From NCBI GenBank assembly GCA_951406725.2, contig OX597823.1, positions 115,940,001 to 116,004,000 of the forward strand: 64,000 bases of DNA, given 5' to 3'. The stretch is from Octopus vulgaris. Taxonomy: Eukaryota. The notes below the pieces were generated by a model. That model was given only the letters and a program-made list of their open reading frames with translations, was not told the origin of the DNA and made no database searches. Position numbers and translations under genes: made by a program. Positions 12,984 through 26,795 of the stretch are shown here, one piece after another (positions within the stretch are counted from its first letter, which is position 1; every line of letters begins with the position of its first letter).

Positions 12984-13098
12984 GACTTATTGATTTCCTT
13001 GTAAGCAATCATAATATTGCAAAGTGTTTAAGGCAGCATATAATTTTCAAAATTGTACCAATGCTGAACCCCGATGGCGTCTATGTTGGTAATTACAG
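12984..13098 (+). CDS. AGBL4: Internal coding exon of cytosolic carboxypeptidase (M14, CCP6/AGBL4-like tubulin deglutamylase)
   Basis: Polypyrimidine tract TTTTCTTCCTTTTCAG, 115-bp exon (phase 1 to phase 2), GTACAG donor. Encodes (G)[37 protein letters not shown](R) with the CCP motif [12 protein letters not shown]; IDFLVS.H.IA and GVY are closest to CCP6 as I recall it. Absent from the ORF track. Confidence 0.9.
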
Positions 13099-14501
13099 GT
13101 ACAGTTAGAATACCTTTCGTTGTTTCCATTCTGTTGTTTGTGTGTATGTATAATGGAATGTGTGTAGGGGTGGGTGGAGGACAATAACACAAGGAAAAGT
13201 AGATGTTCTACAGAGTCTGATAAATCCTCATCTTCTGAGCTCTAGATTGCTGTTCTATGTGTGTGTGTGTGGTCTTTTGGCAGTTACATTCCATTGACAT
13301 GTGAAATATTGACAATATAATAATGGGTTCTTGTGGTAATGAGTCAAATACTGTTGCCAAAACTTATCTCTTAGATTGTGATTCACCTTATAAATGTTTC
13401 TTTATATTTTTGGCTGCTTTTACAGGTTTTAAAGAAATTTCTTGAGACAGTTTTCCTGATAAGTATTCTAAGCAACACTCAAAAGCTAGAAATGTTAGCC
13501 AACATATATATATATATATATATGTGTGTGTGTTAAAACAATGAATATATATATCATTGTGAATATTGCAGACAATAATGAAAAGCAATTTATTCCTTGG
13601 TAAAGGCAACTTATACAAGTAAGGGCCCAGAACATATATTAAAACACGATTTATTACTTGTGAACATCGTCTGAATAAGCCTAGATATTTGGAACTATCA
13701 AAGCCAAATTTATAATCTTTGGACCATCATTTCACATGTTAACATTCCTACAGTCTACTGTCATTCCTTACATATAGAAAGTCGTTTCCTTTAATGTACT
13801 AACATAGTTAAGAATACATACTGTTGCTGAACATTAAAATGTTGTTCCATCTTGTCATACAGAACAATTTAAATCATGTAGCACACCGTTAGCATATAGA
13901 ATTATCAATGGGCATTTCTGCAGAAAGTTATTGGTGTATAAATGGATTTGTCTCTTGAACTAAACTGGACAACCTTTTATATAAACAATGTAAATGATAA
14001 TTGCTAATGCATGTTGTTATTAAAAGAGACACATTTATTGCAAGTCACAAAACCACTGATGCTACACTCACTGGTTACATTTACGCAAAGCATAAAAGTT
14101 ATTAACCAACCACTTGTCAGGTGTATATGCCTCAGGATATTCATATTCATGGTGTATATGAAATCAACCACCGACAGCAACTATTGTTGACTTGTTGCAT
14201 ATAATATCACCATTGTTAAAATACTTCCCTAAAGAACTTAATATGATCCAGCCAGATGCTATTGTTCGTACAAGTTGGCAGCATGGAGATTGTAATTACT
14301 AGTGATCTCTTCTTACATTCAGTTGCTTCACCAAAACTAATTTTTAATATCATGAGTAACATAATAATCAATGGTATACTTCATGGATGTTGGCATAATG
14401 GAGAAAAAAGAAACCAACAGAAACAATACCATTTGAATTAATAAATCTATGGTAACGTTACTGAAAATTTGCAGACTTATTCATTTCTATTTCGACATTC
14501 G

Positions 14502-15060
14502 TCATCATCATCATCATCATAGTTTAACATCTGCTTTCCATGCTAGCATGGGTTGGACGATTTTGACTGAGGGCTGGCAAACCAGATGGCTGCACCAGGC
14601 TCCAATCTTGATTTGGCAGAGTTTCACCAGCTGGATGCCCTTCCTAACACCAACCACTCCAAGAGTGTAGTGGGTGCTTTTTATGTGCCACCAGCACGGG
14701 GGCCAATCAGGCGGTACTGGCAATGACCTCACCCGAATCCTTTTGCACATGCCACCAGCACAGGTGCCAGCAAGGTGACGTTGGTAATGATCACGCTCGA
14801 ATGGTGCCCTTTTACGTGCCACCGGCACAGAAGCCAGTTGACTGCTCTGGCAACGATCACGCTCAGTTGGAGCTCTTGGCACCCTACTAGCATGGGCACA
14901 AGTGCCAGTAAGGCGACGCTGGTAACAATCACACTCGAATGGTGCCCTCTAAGTGCCACTGGCACGGCAGCCGGTTAGTCGCTCTGTCAGTGATCACACT
15001 TGTATGGTGCTCTTTGCACCCTGCTAGCACGGACGCCCATCATCGAGTTTGATTTTGTTT
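14502..15060 (-). mobile_element. RTE-like 3' tail with internal array of about 60-bp units
   Basis: (CAT)n head, shared tail, then about 6 units around TTTTACGTGCCACCGGCAC. Confidence 0.85.
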
Positions 15061-15129
15061 TTGAAAACCAGGAATGTCTGATATAGACAGACTTAGTTCT
15101 TTGGTTAAGTGGTTCACTTCTCAACCACA

Positions 15130-15460
15130 TGGTTTTGTAGTCTAAATATTTAATAGACATCAATAAGTAGTCTAAATACCTAATACCCATTAGTTAGTGC
15201 TCTAAATATATGATAAACAACATTTGGTTGTTTAAATATGGGATAAATGTAATTTAGTTGTCTGAATTACTTGGTAAACATCAGCTAGTGGTCTTAATAT
15301 TTGGTAGCAATTTATTGGTAGGCTAAATACCTACTTGTACTTTATGACTTCTACTTTATGACTAGTACAAGTACTCTGTAGCCATTTGTTAGTAGTCTAA
15401 ATACATGATAGTCATCATTTAGTGGTCTAGAAAATTGAGCCACTGATATGTCTCGAGTTA
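15130..15460. repeat. Degenerate minisatellite, about 30-bp period
   Basis: Recurrent TAGTAGTCTAAATA..GATAAACA-like unit. Confidence 0.55.
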
Positions 15461-15986
15461 CTAAAATTGTTGATTTCAAATTTTGGCACAATGCCAGCAA
15501 TTTTTATTCGCATCTACCATTTTATCTCTGCAACTAACCAGTAATTGCATCTTACTCTCTCTCCCTTTGCTCAGTAATCCTTCACATTGATTTCTATTTC
15601 TGTATTTTGCTTCTGGTTACTGAGGGTAACTTTAATTCACCTGTATTTATTTCATCAAAACATTGCTCTCTTTCATTATCACACCTTCTCTCTTTTGTTG
15701 ATCTTTTATGCCTGTCACTTCTCCAGCAGTTAATGACCATATAGCTTGTTTATCAAGCTTCCTGTAAGGAGAATCTCACTTTTATAAGTGAGCTTTGAGA
15801 ATAACAAGACAAGCATTGCTGTTTATCTGTAGAGACAGTCATTGTCTTCATGTCACTGACTTCATCAGAGGGAAAAGAAGACAGTTTTCAGAAAGTTTCA
15901 AGGAGAAAATCATAGCCAATATTTTATACACTATATTTACTATTCACAGCTGGATCTATCTACCCACCTCTCTCTCTAGCTCTCAG

Positions 15987-16049
<63 letters not shown>

Positions 16050-16232
16050 CTCATGCTAACCCACAACCTTATAGACTATCAGTAATTGTTTGACTGTGAA
16101 GGTTGTTTTGAGTGTTTGATTGTCTTATAGTGTGGCCTTGCATATATGGAAGACTATTTGATGTAAGGTAACAAGTGTGTATGTCTGCATTCTATAAGTG
16201 TGTGTGTGTAAATACATACATACATATATAAT

Positions 16233-17050
16233 ATCATCATCATCATCATCATCATTTAGCATCCACTCTCCATGCCGGCATGGGTTAGATTGAAATTGGT
16301 AAGCTGGAGAGCTGCACCAGGTTCCAGTCTGATTTGGCATGGTCTCTACAGCAGGATGCCCTTCATAATGCCAACCACTCCAAGAGTGTAATGGGTGCTT
16401 TTACGTGCCACCAGTACAGGTACCATTTACATGATACCAGCAATGAATATGACTGTGATTCACAGGTGGGTGCCATTTATGTAGCACTGGCAGAGACCAC
16501 GACTATGATTCCCTGGTGCCATTTGCATGGCACCAGCAATGAATACGACTCTTAGGTGTCATTTACATTGCACCACAAACGACCACACTTTTTGGGTGCC
16601 AGTTTACATGGCACCATCGTTGATCATGACCATAATGCACAAGAGTCATTTACATAGCACCATCATTGACCACAATGATTCACAGGTGTCATTCATATGG
16701 TACCATCAATGACCACAACTACAATGCATGAGTATCAGTATCATTTACATAGCACCAGCATGGCCACAATTATCATTTCACTTGCTGCTCTGGGGAGTCT
16801 TCTCATGCACTGCATATCTCTAGAGCCCTTGGTCATTTGTCCTCACCTTTTTGAGGCCCAATGTTTGAAGATCATGCATCACCACTTTCTCGCATATCTT
16901 CCTGGGTCCACCTCTTCCACAAGTTCCCTCCACAGTTAGAGATAAGCACTTCTTTAAACATCTGTCCTCGTCTACATGCATCACATGACCAAGCCCACGC
17001 AGTCGTCTCTCTTGCACACCACACCTGATGCCCCTTATGCTCAGGTTTTC
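16233..17050 (-). mobile_element. RTE-like LINE 3' end with diverged tandem units of about 44 bp
   Basis: ORF 16820-17017 (ERRLRGLGHVMHVDEDRCLKKCLSLTVEGTCGRGGPRKI) is the RTE RT C-terminus; GGTGCCATTTACATGGCACC-like units at 16410-16770; (CAT)n at 16233. Confidence 0.85.
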
Positions 17051-17333
17051 TCATATTTGAATTCATACAAACATATATACAAACATACATACATACGTGA
17101 ATGCATACATATTCTATCAACTTGTACTATTTCTTACAATTCACATTGTTTTGGATTTTTAAAAATTTATACACAAACACACTACCTATATAGCTTAAAA
17201 TATAAATTCTGGTTCAGATCCACTGTGTGACATCTTGGCCAAGTGTCTTCTATTGTAGCCCCAGGCTAACCAAGGCCTTTTGTAGGCAGAAGCAGAAAGA
17301 AAGTTGTGTATATTTGTTTGTGTGTGTGTGTGA

Positions 17334-18005
17334 AGGCACATGGTTCAGTGGTTAGAGCATCGAGCTTACGATTGTGAGGTTGTGAGCTCTAATCCCGGAC
17401 CGGGCTGGGTGTTGTATTCTTGATCAAGGCACTTTATTTCACGTTGCTCCAGTTCACTCAGCTGTAGAAATGAGTTGCGACATCACAGATGCCAAACTGT
17501 ATCGCCCTTTGCCTTTCCCTTGGATAACACTGGTGGCGTGGAGAGGGGAGGCTGGTATGCATGGGCAACTGCTGGTCTTCTATAAACATCATTGCCAGGA
17601 CTTGTGCCTAAGAGGGTAACTTTCTTGGTGCAATCCCATGGTCAGTGTCATGACCGAAGGGGGTCTCAGGTGTGTGTGCGTGTGTGTGCATTGGGCTTAC
17701 AATTATGACATTATGTTTGTGAGTTAGATTTCCAGACCGAGCTGTGGGTTGTGATCTTGAGCAAGGCACTTTATTTCGTGTTGCTCCAGTTTGCTCAGCT
17801 GTAGAAATGAGTTGCAGGGGCCCTGGTGCCGAGCTGCATTGGCCTTTGTCTTTCCTTTGGATAACATCGGTGGCATGGAGAGGGGAGGCTGGCATGCATG
17901 GGTGGCTGCTGGTTTTCCATAAACAACCTTGCTTGGGCATGTGCCTTGGAGGAGAACTTTTTAGGTGCAATCCCAGGGTCATTTGTGACTGAAGTGTTTT
18001 TACCC
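17334..18005 (+). mobile_element. Two tandem copies of tRNA-derived SINE family D
   Basis: A-box TGGTTCAGTGGTTAGAGC; both copies share TTGAGCAAGGCACTTTATTTC..CTCAGCTGTAGAAATGAGTTGC..GGTGCAATCCC; third copy at 35887. Confidence 0.85.
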
Positions 18006-18095
18006 ATTTACATACATACACACATACACATATATATCTATCTATCTATATCTATCAATATATATATATACATACATATATATATACATACATGC

Positions 18096-18161
<66 letters not shown>

Positions 18162-19111
18162 GGAGATTAAAATTAAACAATTAGAAAGCAAAACATTTGT
18201 TATCACTTGAGAAAAGCATTTAATTTAGATAGAGATTATAAACACACAGAATTCCTAACAGCTGTTTCTAGAATTGGCAAGAACAAGAAACAGCCAAATG
18301 TTTTGCTTTTTCATTTTTTACTTTAATCTACACCTAATGCTCAAGGAGAAACCACTTCTAGCCTCTTTCAATTGGCAGGCTCAACACCACATCTTATTTG
18401 CAGTTCAAGCCAGAGTTGGTGTGGTAAACCAAACTGAGCACTCATATTACATACTTATTGCAATACATCAGGTGATGAAAACTCCTTGTATATTCTTTCT
18501 ATATACATACACACATACAAACATACTTACATACATACATACATACATACATGTGTTTGTGTGTGCCCCCCCTGATGAGACATATGTATGTGAAATAATA
18601 TGTGTATAAAATTATACCATTAGCAGTAATTTATGTAGTTTTGTTCAAGATGTTCAAAGTGAACATGAGAACATTATCGAAGGAATTGCTGCAAAATTTA
18701 CAATTTAAGAGACATAGATATTTTTCGAAGATAAATTAGGCCCTTCATCTCATCATGGCTGCCATAGCAATATAGCATTGGTTGCATTATATGAATCACT
18801 GAGAAATGAATATATTTTGCTATAATGCTTTTTACTGAAATGACAGAAAAACTAGGAAGAATTTATAGAATGAAATTTGTGCTTCAATTACAAAGAAAAT
18901 GAGGAACAGTGATTTTTTTTACATACGATTTGGAAATGTAATATATATTATTATGTTAGAAGCTGACTCTCCACTAACACTCACTTAGTCACATGAACAC
19001 ACACACACACATACACACACACACATATACTCTCATACATACATAAATATACATATAGATATATAGATGCACACATACTCACACGTACATGTCTACTGAT
19101 ATAAACAAATG

Positions 19112-19153
<42 letters not shown>

Positions 19154-19539
19154 CACACATGCATACACATGTACATACATACGCACACAGATATACATAT
19201 ATCAACTATAAAGAAATAAGATGAAAATATATCTGAAAACGTGGGTTGTGGTGTGAGAAAAGACATTAAATTTCTCCATAAATATCTTCATAGAAACCTG
19301 GTTTTTCTCCATTGTTCACTTCTTTAATTCTTTAGGTTTTACATCCATTCCACTAAGGCTTTATGGAAGTCATGACTTTGATGCTACCAAAATAACTGTT
19401 TCTCAGCTGCATTTTTTTTTTTACTGTCACTTACCAAATTTCACTCATATACCAAGAGTAGAACCCTTGTGTTGGCAGACCAAGTTAAATTAGTTCACAA
19501 ACCTCATTTGCTTGTGGAACCATTATTTAATTTCGGATA

Positions 19540-20075
19540 TTGTAGTTGTGATACCCATGCCAGTGGCACGTAGGGCCTAACAGAGGAAATGACGAGGACC
19601 GAAACTGTGAAGACCCGACAAATGAAGTGAGTTCATGGCTTGCAGAACAGCCGCTGTGCTAACCTTGGATCGTAGAGTGACCCGCTGTTCTTGGGGAGAC
19701 CTATTGAGTCAAATACACCAACATCAAAATAAAATCAAATGGAAATTGTAGTTAAGACACCCGTGCCGGTGACACATAAAAAGCACCGTCCGAACGTGGC
19801 AGATACCAGCGCTGCCTGATTGGCATCTGTGTCGGTGATACATAAAAGCATCAACCGATCATGGCCGTTTGCCAGCCTGCTCTGGCCCCTGTGCCAGTGG
19901 CACGTAAAAAACACCCACTACAGTCATGGAGTGGTTGGCATTAGGAAGGGCATCCAGCTGTAGAAATACTGCCAAATCAGACCAGAGCCTAGTGTAGCCT
20001 CCAAGGCTTACCAGACCCCGGTCGAACCGTCCAACCCATGGTAGCATGGAAAACGGACGTTAAATGATGATGATG
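19540..20075 (+). mobile_element. RTE-like 3' tail with tandem units
   Basis: GTGCC(G/A)GTGGCACGTAAAAA units, shared tail ending GGACGTTAAATGATGATGATG. Confidence 0.85.
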
Positions 20076-21194
20076 TTTTCTGTTCTACCTGTGCACCTGT
20101 ATAGGACACAAGTTTCTACCATTATACTTTACCTCTTATTCAGTGGTGTTTCCTGAAAACTTTGATGAGATACCTCAAAACAACAGACTAGCTGTAGTAG
20201 ATTTGAATTCAGAAACTAGAACTTGGTGTATATCCATTCTATATTCACATCGATCCAGGCTGACCAAGAATTTATCAGATGTGAAGCATCGTTCTGCATG
20301 TTTGACCTCATCTGTCTGACTGAATTGAACAAATCCATGATCTGAAACATTCCAACCATAACCCACCTGTCTTAAAACATGGTTTTAATAACATCTTCCA
20401 GCAGGACAGCAGTGATCCTGTCTATTTACCCTGCAAGACCAAACTACTTGAAAGAAGGATTAGGCAGATATTATTTACAACAGTGTGGTACAAATACATC
20501 CCAAATTTAAATTTGTGGGAAAAAACAATAATGCTATTAATTATTTCTAACTTGAAGAGATAAAAAGCAAAGCTGACCTTTGTGGGATTTGAACTCAGAA
20601 CATAAAGATCCAAAACAAATACCACAAAGCATTTTTCTTGATACTTTGATGATTCCTTCAATGCACTGACCTAACAAGATTCTTTATAATAAATAACACC
20701 ACAACCTTATAAACACTTGACCCTCCCATAGTTTACATGTTGAATATTCTGCACTCTAAGGTATTTAAGTACTGGGCAAGTCTAGCTGGCCTGTACCCTA
20801 AAGAACTGAGTACCTTATGTATACCCTAAAGTACTCATTGCTTTAGGGTGTACACTAAATAGACTTGCCAGGAACACAGAAAAATACCAGTAACAAAATT
20901 TTGTCAAAGTACAGTTGATGCTATTGTAGGAATTCTATTTATTTTGCTCCAAGCAGTTGTTACATCTAGGAATATTGAGTGATTAAATGAGTTTAAACTA
21001 ATCGTTCCTCATTTCTGTTGTTTTGTTAGTCACAAATTTTATTACAAAATTAACAGTTATTTTCACTTCTATTTCATTTTAATTTTCCATTTGTAGCTGA
21101 GTGCTATACAACTCTAAGTTAGGGACTATCAGAGAATGTATAAATAGCTAGATTGGTAAAATAGCTGACTGCTAACCAAGATTGTCAACATAAC

Positions 21195-21408
21195 CATATG
21201 TACATTATTTACAATATTTACATTTGAAAGATATTTGTCCTCATCCTGTTTGTTGTTAACGCAATGTTTTGGCTGATATACCTTCCAGCCTTCATCAGGT
21301 GTCTTGGGGAAATTTCAAACCTGGGTTCTCATTCCTAAGGCATATGGCATAGTAGTAAAGAGCATGGGCTATTAACCCCAATATTCCAAGTTCGATTCCA
21401 GGCAGTGA

Positions 21409-21462
<54 letters not shown>

Positions 21463-21630
21463 TGATGATGACAAATCAAAAAATACCTTAGGAATGAGAA
21501 TCCAGGTTCGAAATTTCCCTAAGACACCTGAAGAAGTTTGGAGGATATATCAGCTGAAACGTTTTGTTAACAACAAACAAGATGAAGACAAATATCCGTG
21601 AAATGTAAATAACGTATATGATGTACATAA
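21195..21630. repeat. Inverted repeat (arms about 21195-21340 and 21486-21630), each arm with an HHR-like motif, around a short tRNA-like head and (AAT)n
   Basis: GGGTTCTCATTCCTAAGG vs CCTTAGGAATGAGAATCC etc.; a partial third copy lies at 46990-47068 (-). Confidence 0.85.
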
Positions 21631-22609
21631 TTGCTCATCTCTTAAATATCGAACTGTATTGATGACCATATATGTCCATGGTTGACTCCACTTGGCTTTA
21701 ACTAACAGAGTAAGTTTCCATAACTCGTACAAGCTCATCTAAAGAATTGACAACTGTTTCATCAGTTTGTGAACATAGCTTTTAGAAAAAACGATTTTGC
21801 AGGCTGACTTTGCCAAAATGAAAGACATGTTGTGCTCCTTGAGTGCTAATGAGTTAGAGACACACTATTAAGCTAATTTAATTGATTGTGACTGTTTGCA
21901 GTAATGACTTAATTTAACCATTCCTCATTACAACATCACACTGATGCAACAAACTTCCCTTAAAGTTCATATTTAACCCATTATCACGCTACCAAAATAA
22001 ATTTTATGCTTGGATTATGTTATCTATTGTCTCATAACCGAAATTCTTACATGAAATGGCAAATGAAATTTGTTCTGGCTTTATAATCAAGTTACTGCAG
22101 TTATTTGTTAAAAATATTATCCTATTATTCAAGGACTGATGGTTTTATTTCTTTTTAGCTACTCAAGTGATATTTGTTTCTTTCTTCCTTCATTTGGAAA
22201 TTTAAAGTTATTTATAAATCTATGAAGTTTAATGTTTAAATGTAGCCAGATGTCTACATCTAAGGCACTGAAGTTGTGAATTTGGCTTGTGAAGTGCTTC
22301 ATTTTCACTTTACATATGTATAATGGTACAGAAGTATTTTAAACTCATGTATATGTTGTTATTTGTTTGATTCAGACATTTGGCACTTGTCACTTCGTAC
22401 AATATCTCCTTCTATATTCTGAAATAAAAAAAAAAAGGAGGTAATTAATAATAAATAATCATTATTATAAGTAATGTAACATAATGAATCTAAAAACACA
22501 GTATTTGGTGGTATGAACACAACAGTGACAACAACAATAGCAATAATAATGATAAGAGGATGCTTATAAGCTATGGAACAAGAATTACTGGATAAAATGA
22601 TAATAATAT

Positions 22610-23090
22610 AAAAATAATAATAATGAAATTATTGTATACAGGGCTCAGGTGCACCACAACTTGTCAGAAGTGTGTATAAAGTATATGCAGTAATGCACAA
22701 ATGTCTGGAAAGTGAACAGTGTATGAGTCAGATACATGCTTGTGTGTGTATGGAGGGGAGAAAATCAGGTGTAGTGTCGGCAAATCTCAGGAAGCATGGA
22801 AGTTTTGAAGGATGCAGTACTCCGACAGCTAACAACTGATGCCAGCAGTTTGTTCCATAATTCAGCAACTCTTAGCGTGAAAAAATGTTTCCGAAAGTCT
22901 TGGGAGCTGTGCTGTTTTTTGACTTTGTAAACATCTCTATGGGTGTTAGACAGGTGGAGTTTGAAAAGGTGCTCAGAGTTATTGTTTGTAAGATGGTTAA
23001 TAATTTTATGGGTGTCTGCCAAGTCAGCTGCCAGACGTTGGAGTTTCAATGTATCCATCCATGCCCAGGGAAGTAAGGCGTTCAGAATAT
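22610..23090 (-). mobile_element. CR1-like LINE 3' fragment
   Basis: ORF 22765-23133: DTLKLQRLAADLADTHKII..YKVKKQHSSQDFRKHFFTLRVAELWNKLLASVVSCRSTASFK is the CR1/L2-group ORF2 C-terminus; (ATT)n tail near 22610. Confidence 0.8.
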
Positions 23091-23699
23091 GGGAAATGCC
23101 TGAAGAGGAATAGGAAAATAAGTATCTCACCACTGCACAGAAGCATTCATCCTCATCAAATGTGGACTAGTTGTAGTGGAAAAGAGTAGAAAGGAAAAAA
23201 AGATCAATGAGTGTCAGAAAGATAGTAGAACTAGAAATGACAAGTCTGGGTTGTTTTCTTGAACAAAAAGAACTGTTGTTAAGGTGATAATAAATGAAGA
23301 AATACTTTCAGAATTTGCAAAGCTCAAAAAGAGAAAATAGGATAAATGGAAAAGAGGAAATGAAACCTCAACTCGTTAGCAGTCAAACCTGTGTTCTCTG
23401 GTTCAAGTATTCCACAGGTTTTATGTTAAAATTGACCAGATCCAACCTCTCATAATTACCCTACAATGCCAAATAATTTGAGAGTTAACCTTGAAAAAGC
23501 TTGATCTGTATCTGAGAATATGTACAATGTACAAAGCATGTCTATTTGAGTCACTGGTAAGTACTCAATATAAATAATGAATTTATGAAGGGTAGAAAAA
23601 AATTTATTATATATAAGGTAGAAAATGCTCTTTATCCCTGACCATGGCTTGTGATTTGATAGGAAACTTAATCAAAATGGGTACTGCACCAATACTGTG

Positions 23700-24020
23700 A
23701 ATAATTCTTCTCTGGAAGCATGGGTGTTTTGTTCATCATCCTTAAGTGACCCTTAATCAGGGGCCTTTTGAGTGGGATGAGCAACTCGAGCTGAAGAAAA
23801 TTCCAACTGGGCCTCCACCAGCAAGGTCATGCACTGTTCATCTTGATATGAGATCACCATATCATGTGCTAATGGTTGTGATGCATATGCCTGGTGTGCC
23901 CTTTTCAGATGGGTAGTCATGGTGGGTTTATTGGGCTTTGTATATTTGTACCCCAACATCACTTTGATGGTGCGTGCTGCTTTCTCAATAATGATAAACA
24001 ACAGCAACAACAACAACAAC

Positions 24021-24058
<38 letters not shown>

Positions 24059-24298
24059 CAACAACAAATAAATTTGTCGCCATCATTGTCATCATCATCA
24101 TCATCATTATCTACTGAGAAAATCATTTGTTTCTTATATAAACTGGTATATCATCATTTGTAATCAAAGTTTGAAATAATTAATTTACATCTTCGTTTTA
24201 AATGAAGATCTAATTTAATTAGATTTTGTCATGATGTAATGTGAAGGAAATATATCTTTATATCTTTTTTTTTAACGACTCCGTGTCATGTGACAGCA

Positions 24299-24374
<76 letters not shown>

Positions 24375-24860
24375 TCATTTCCCTGATGCAATGTTATCAT
24401 GTACATTGTTTTGTCTTGGGGTAAAAGATGGGCTACAGCAAATATTCTGCTCAATACCACAGATTTGCTTGTCAGTTGTTTGACCTTAACCAGTTGAGCA
24501 TGTCCCTTAGTGGCTGACGATATGTGCATCTCTGATCACAAGCAGAAGTAGTGGAGGAGCATCATAGCCAAGTGCTGAGAGGAATTCTCTGGGGTTTGAA
24601 TAATTCACCTTTGGAATAATGGATGTGTTGTTCAACATCCTTAAACAACCCTTATTCAGGGACCTTTTGAGCTACCTGACCTTAATAAAATTCTAACTGG
24701 GCCCCCACCTGCAAGGTCATGCATCGTTTATCTTGATGAGATCACTATGTCGCGGACATGTGGTGTACCCTTATTAGACAGGTAGTTAAGAGGGGTATAC
24801 TGGGCTTTGTATATTTTACCCCAGGATCACTTTGATGGTATGCACTGCTCTCTCACTCAA
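23700..24860 (+). repeat. Two copies (about 23700-23990 and 24375-24860) of an unclassified retroposon 3' end followed by (AAT)n
   Basis: Shared CCCTTA.TCAGGG.CCTTTTGAG..GCAAGGTCATGCA..CATCTTGAT..TCACTTTGATGGT..CTCTCAATAAT. Confidence 0.7.
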
Positions 24861-24911
24861 TAATAATAATAATAATAATCATAATAATAATAATGAAGAT
24901 AATAATAATAT

Positions 24912-25160
24912 TCCCTACAGGAAGTGCAAAAAATCATATTAACTGGAATGGCTCATGTACTGAGAAGAGCATTATCACCGTGAAAACAACATCCATCCAT
25001 TCATGAATTTATTTATTTATTAATTTTTAAATACATATTTTACCTGTGAATTTGCACGTGTAATCTGGGAATGCATACAATGAGCTTCTCTGCCCTTGGT
25101 GTACGGAAAACACTCGGCGAGAAACGGAAGAAAATTTGAAGAAAGAAGGAAAAAAAATAA
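24912..25160 (+). mobile_element. R4/Dong-like LINE extreme 3' end between (AAT)n tracts
   Basis: SLQEVQKIILTGMAHVLRRALSP* is homologous to the C-terminus of the element at 26794. Confidence 0.65.
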
Positions 25161-25744
25161 TAATAATAATAATACCAGTACAGAGAATGAAAATTCTGAG
25201 AATAAAGGGTTGAGTGAGTCTTTAAGGTTAGCGCTAAGTTTATGAAATGTAGTGGGGATTATGAGAAGTGCAGATCTATAATCAAAAGTATTCCGGCCTT
25301 GGCTATCTTGTCTGTTTGTAAATTTATGATGTCATTGTCTGTATCTTTACAACTTTTAAAAGTACTGTTGTATAAAATTGGTGGTTCATTTCGCTCCTAT
25401 CTTTAGCAAATCCCGTGATTATATAAAAGCTACCGTACAGGATGAAGTACAGATAGTGTTAAAACTGTGTTTCTGTTTTATTAAAGTATTTAGAAAGGAT
25501 TGTTCCTACAGCTATTGATGTAACTGCTGGTCTCAACTAATCTCTATTTCTGTGTGAATGTGTGAAGGCAGACAGCGGTTGCTAGTTGAATTCTCAATAG
25601 ATGATGGTTATGATAATAATGATGAAGTATGATAATGTATTTCTAATATTCTTTATGATTCTGTGATGTAGAACCAGCAAATCCTTGGTATATTTGACAA
25701 AGAAAATTATAGCAATTTCATTGATACCAATAAATCATAATTTT

Positions 25745-26135
25745 TTCTGCTCTAGGCACAAGGCCTGAAATTTGGGGGAAGAGGTCCAGTTAATTAGATC
25801 GCCCCCAATATGCGACTGGTATGCAATTTATCAACCCCGAAAGGAGAAAAGGCAAAGTCCTCTGCAGAATTTGAACTCAGAATGTAAAGACAGACAAAAT
25901 ACCTATTTCTATACTACCCACAAGGGGCTAAACACAGAGGGGACAAACAGGGACAGACAAAGGGATTAAGTCGATTGTATTGATCCCAGTGTGTAACTGG
26001 TACTTATTTAATCGACCCCAAAAGGATGAAAGGCAAAGTCGACCTCGGTGGAATTTGAACTCAGAACATACTGGCAGACGAAATACCGCTGAGCATTTCA
26101 CCTGGCGTGCTAATGTTTCTGCTAGCTCACCACCT
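25745..26135 (-). mobile_element. Dimeric family B SINE
   Basis: Two successive B cores; same architecture as 29205-29602 (+). Confidence 0.85.
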
Positions 26136-26752
26136 AATAAAGCATAATAATAATTAAAGATGATAAAGGTAATAATATTAATTTCTTACATTGTCACAAG
26201 GTAAACAATTGTAGAGATGTTGAGTGGAATGGTCCTAACTCCAATACGCAGTTCTTTATTGACAATACAACAGACTGATACTGAGTGGTCTAAGATATAT
26301 AATTTTGCACTCTTCACATCAGTCCACTAACTGCTTGATGACAATAATAATAATAATGGTTTCAAATTATGGCACAGGGCCAGCAATTTCAGGGGATGGG
26401 TAGGTCGATTACGTTGACCCCAGTGCTCTAATGGTACTTTATTATCAACCCCGAAAGGGATGAAAGGCAAAGTCAACCTCAGCAGTATTTAAGTGTAAAG
26501 ACGGATGAAATGTCGCTAGGCATTTTGCCCAGCATGCTAACAATTCTGCCAGTTTGCCACCTTAATAATAATAATAATAATAATAATGGTAATAATAATA
26601 ACACATTTATATGTATGTGTGTGTGAGTGTGTGTATTTATTTATTTATTTACTAGCAATCCTCAGCACATCGTACTTTAAAAGAAATCTTGTGGTGGTTT
26701 CAGTCATTGCTTGTTGATAGTCTTTCTCTCCATCCTGCTCTCTCTCTGTATG

Positions 26753-26793
<41 letters not shown>

Positions 26794-26795
<2 letters not shown>

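Noticed and set aside
18560-18600. Other CTGATGA-containing sites (18572 +, 15865 -, 35630 -, 52990 -, 10325 -) as hammerheads
   Set aside because: Lack a convincing stem I and/or the GAAAC..NUH half; could be very decayed copies but are not supportable.
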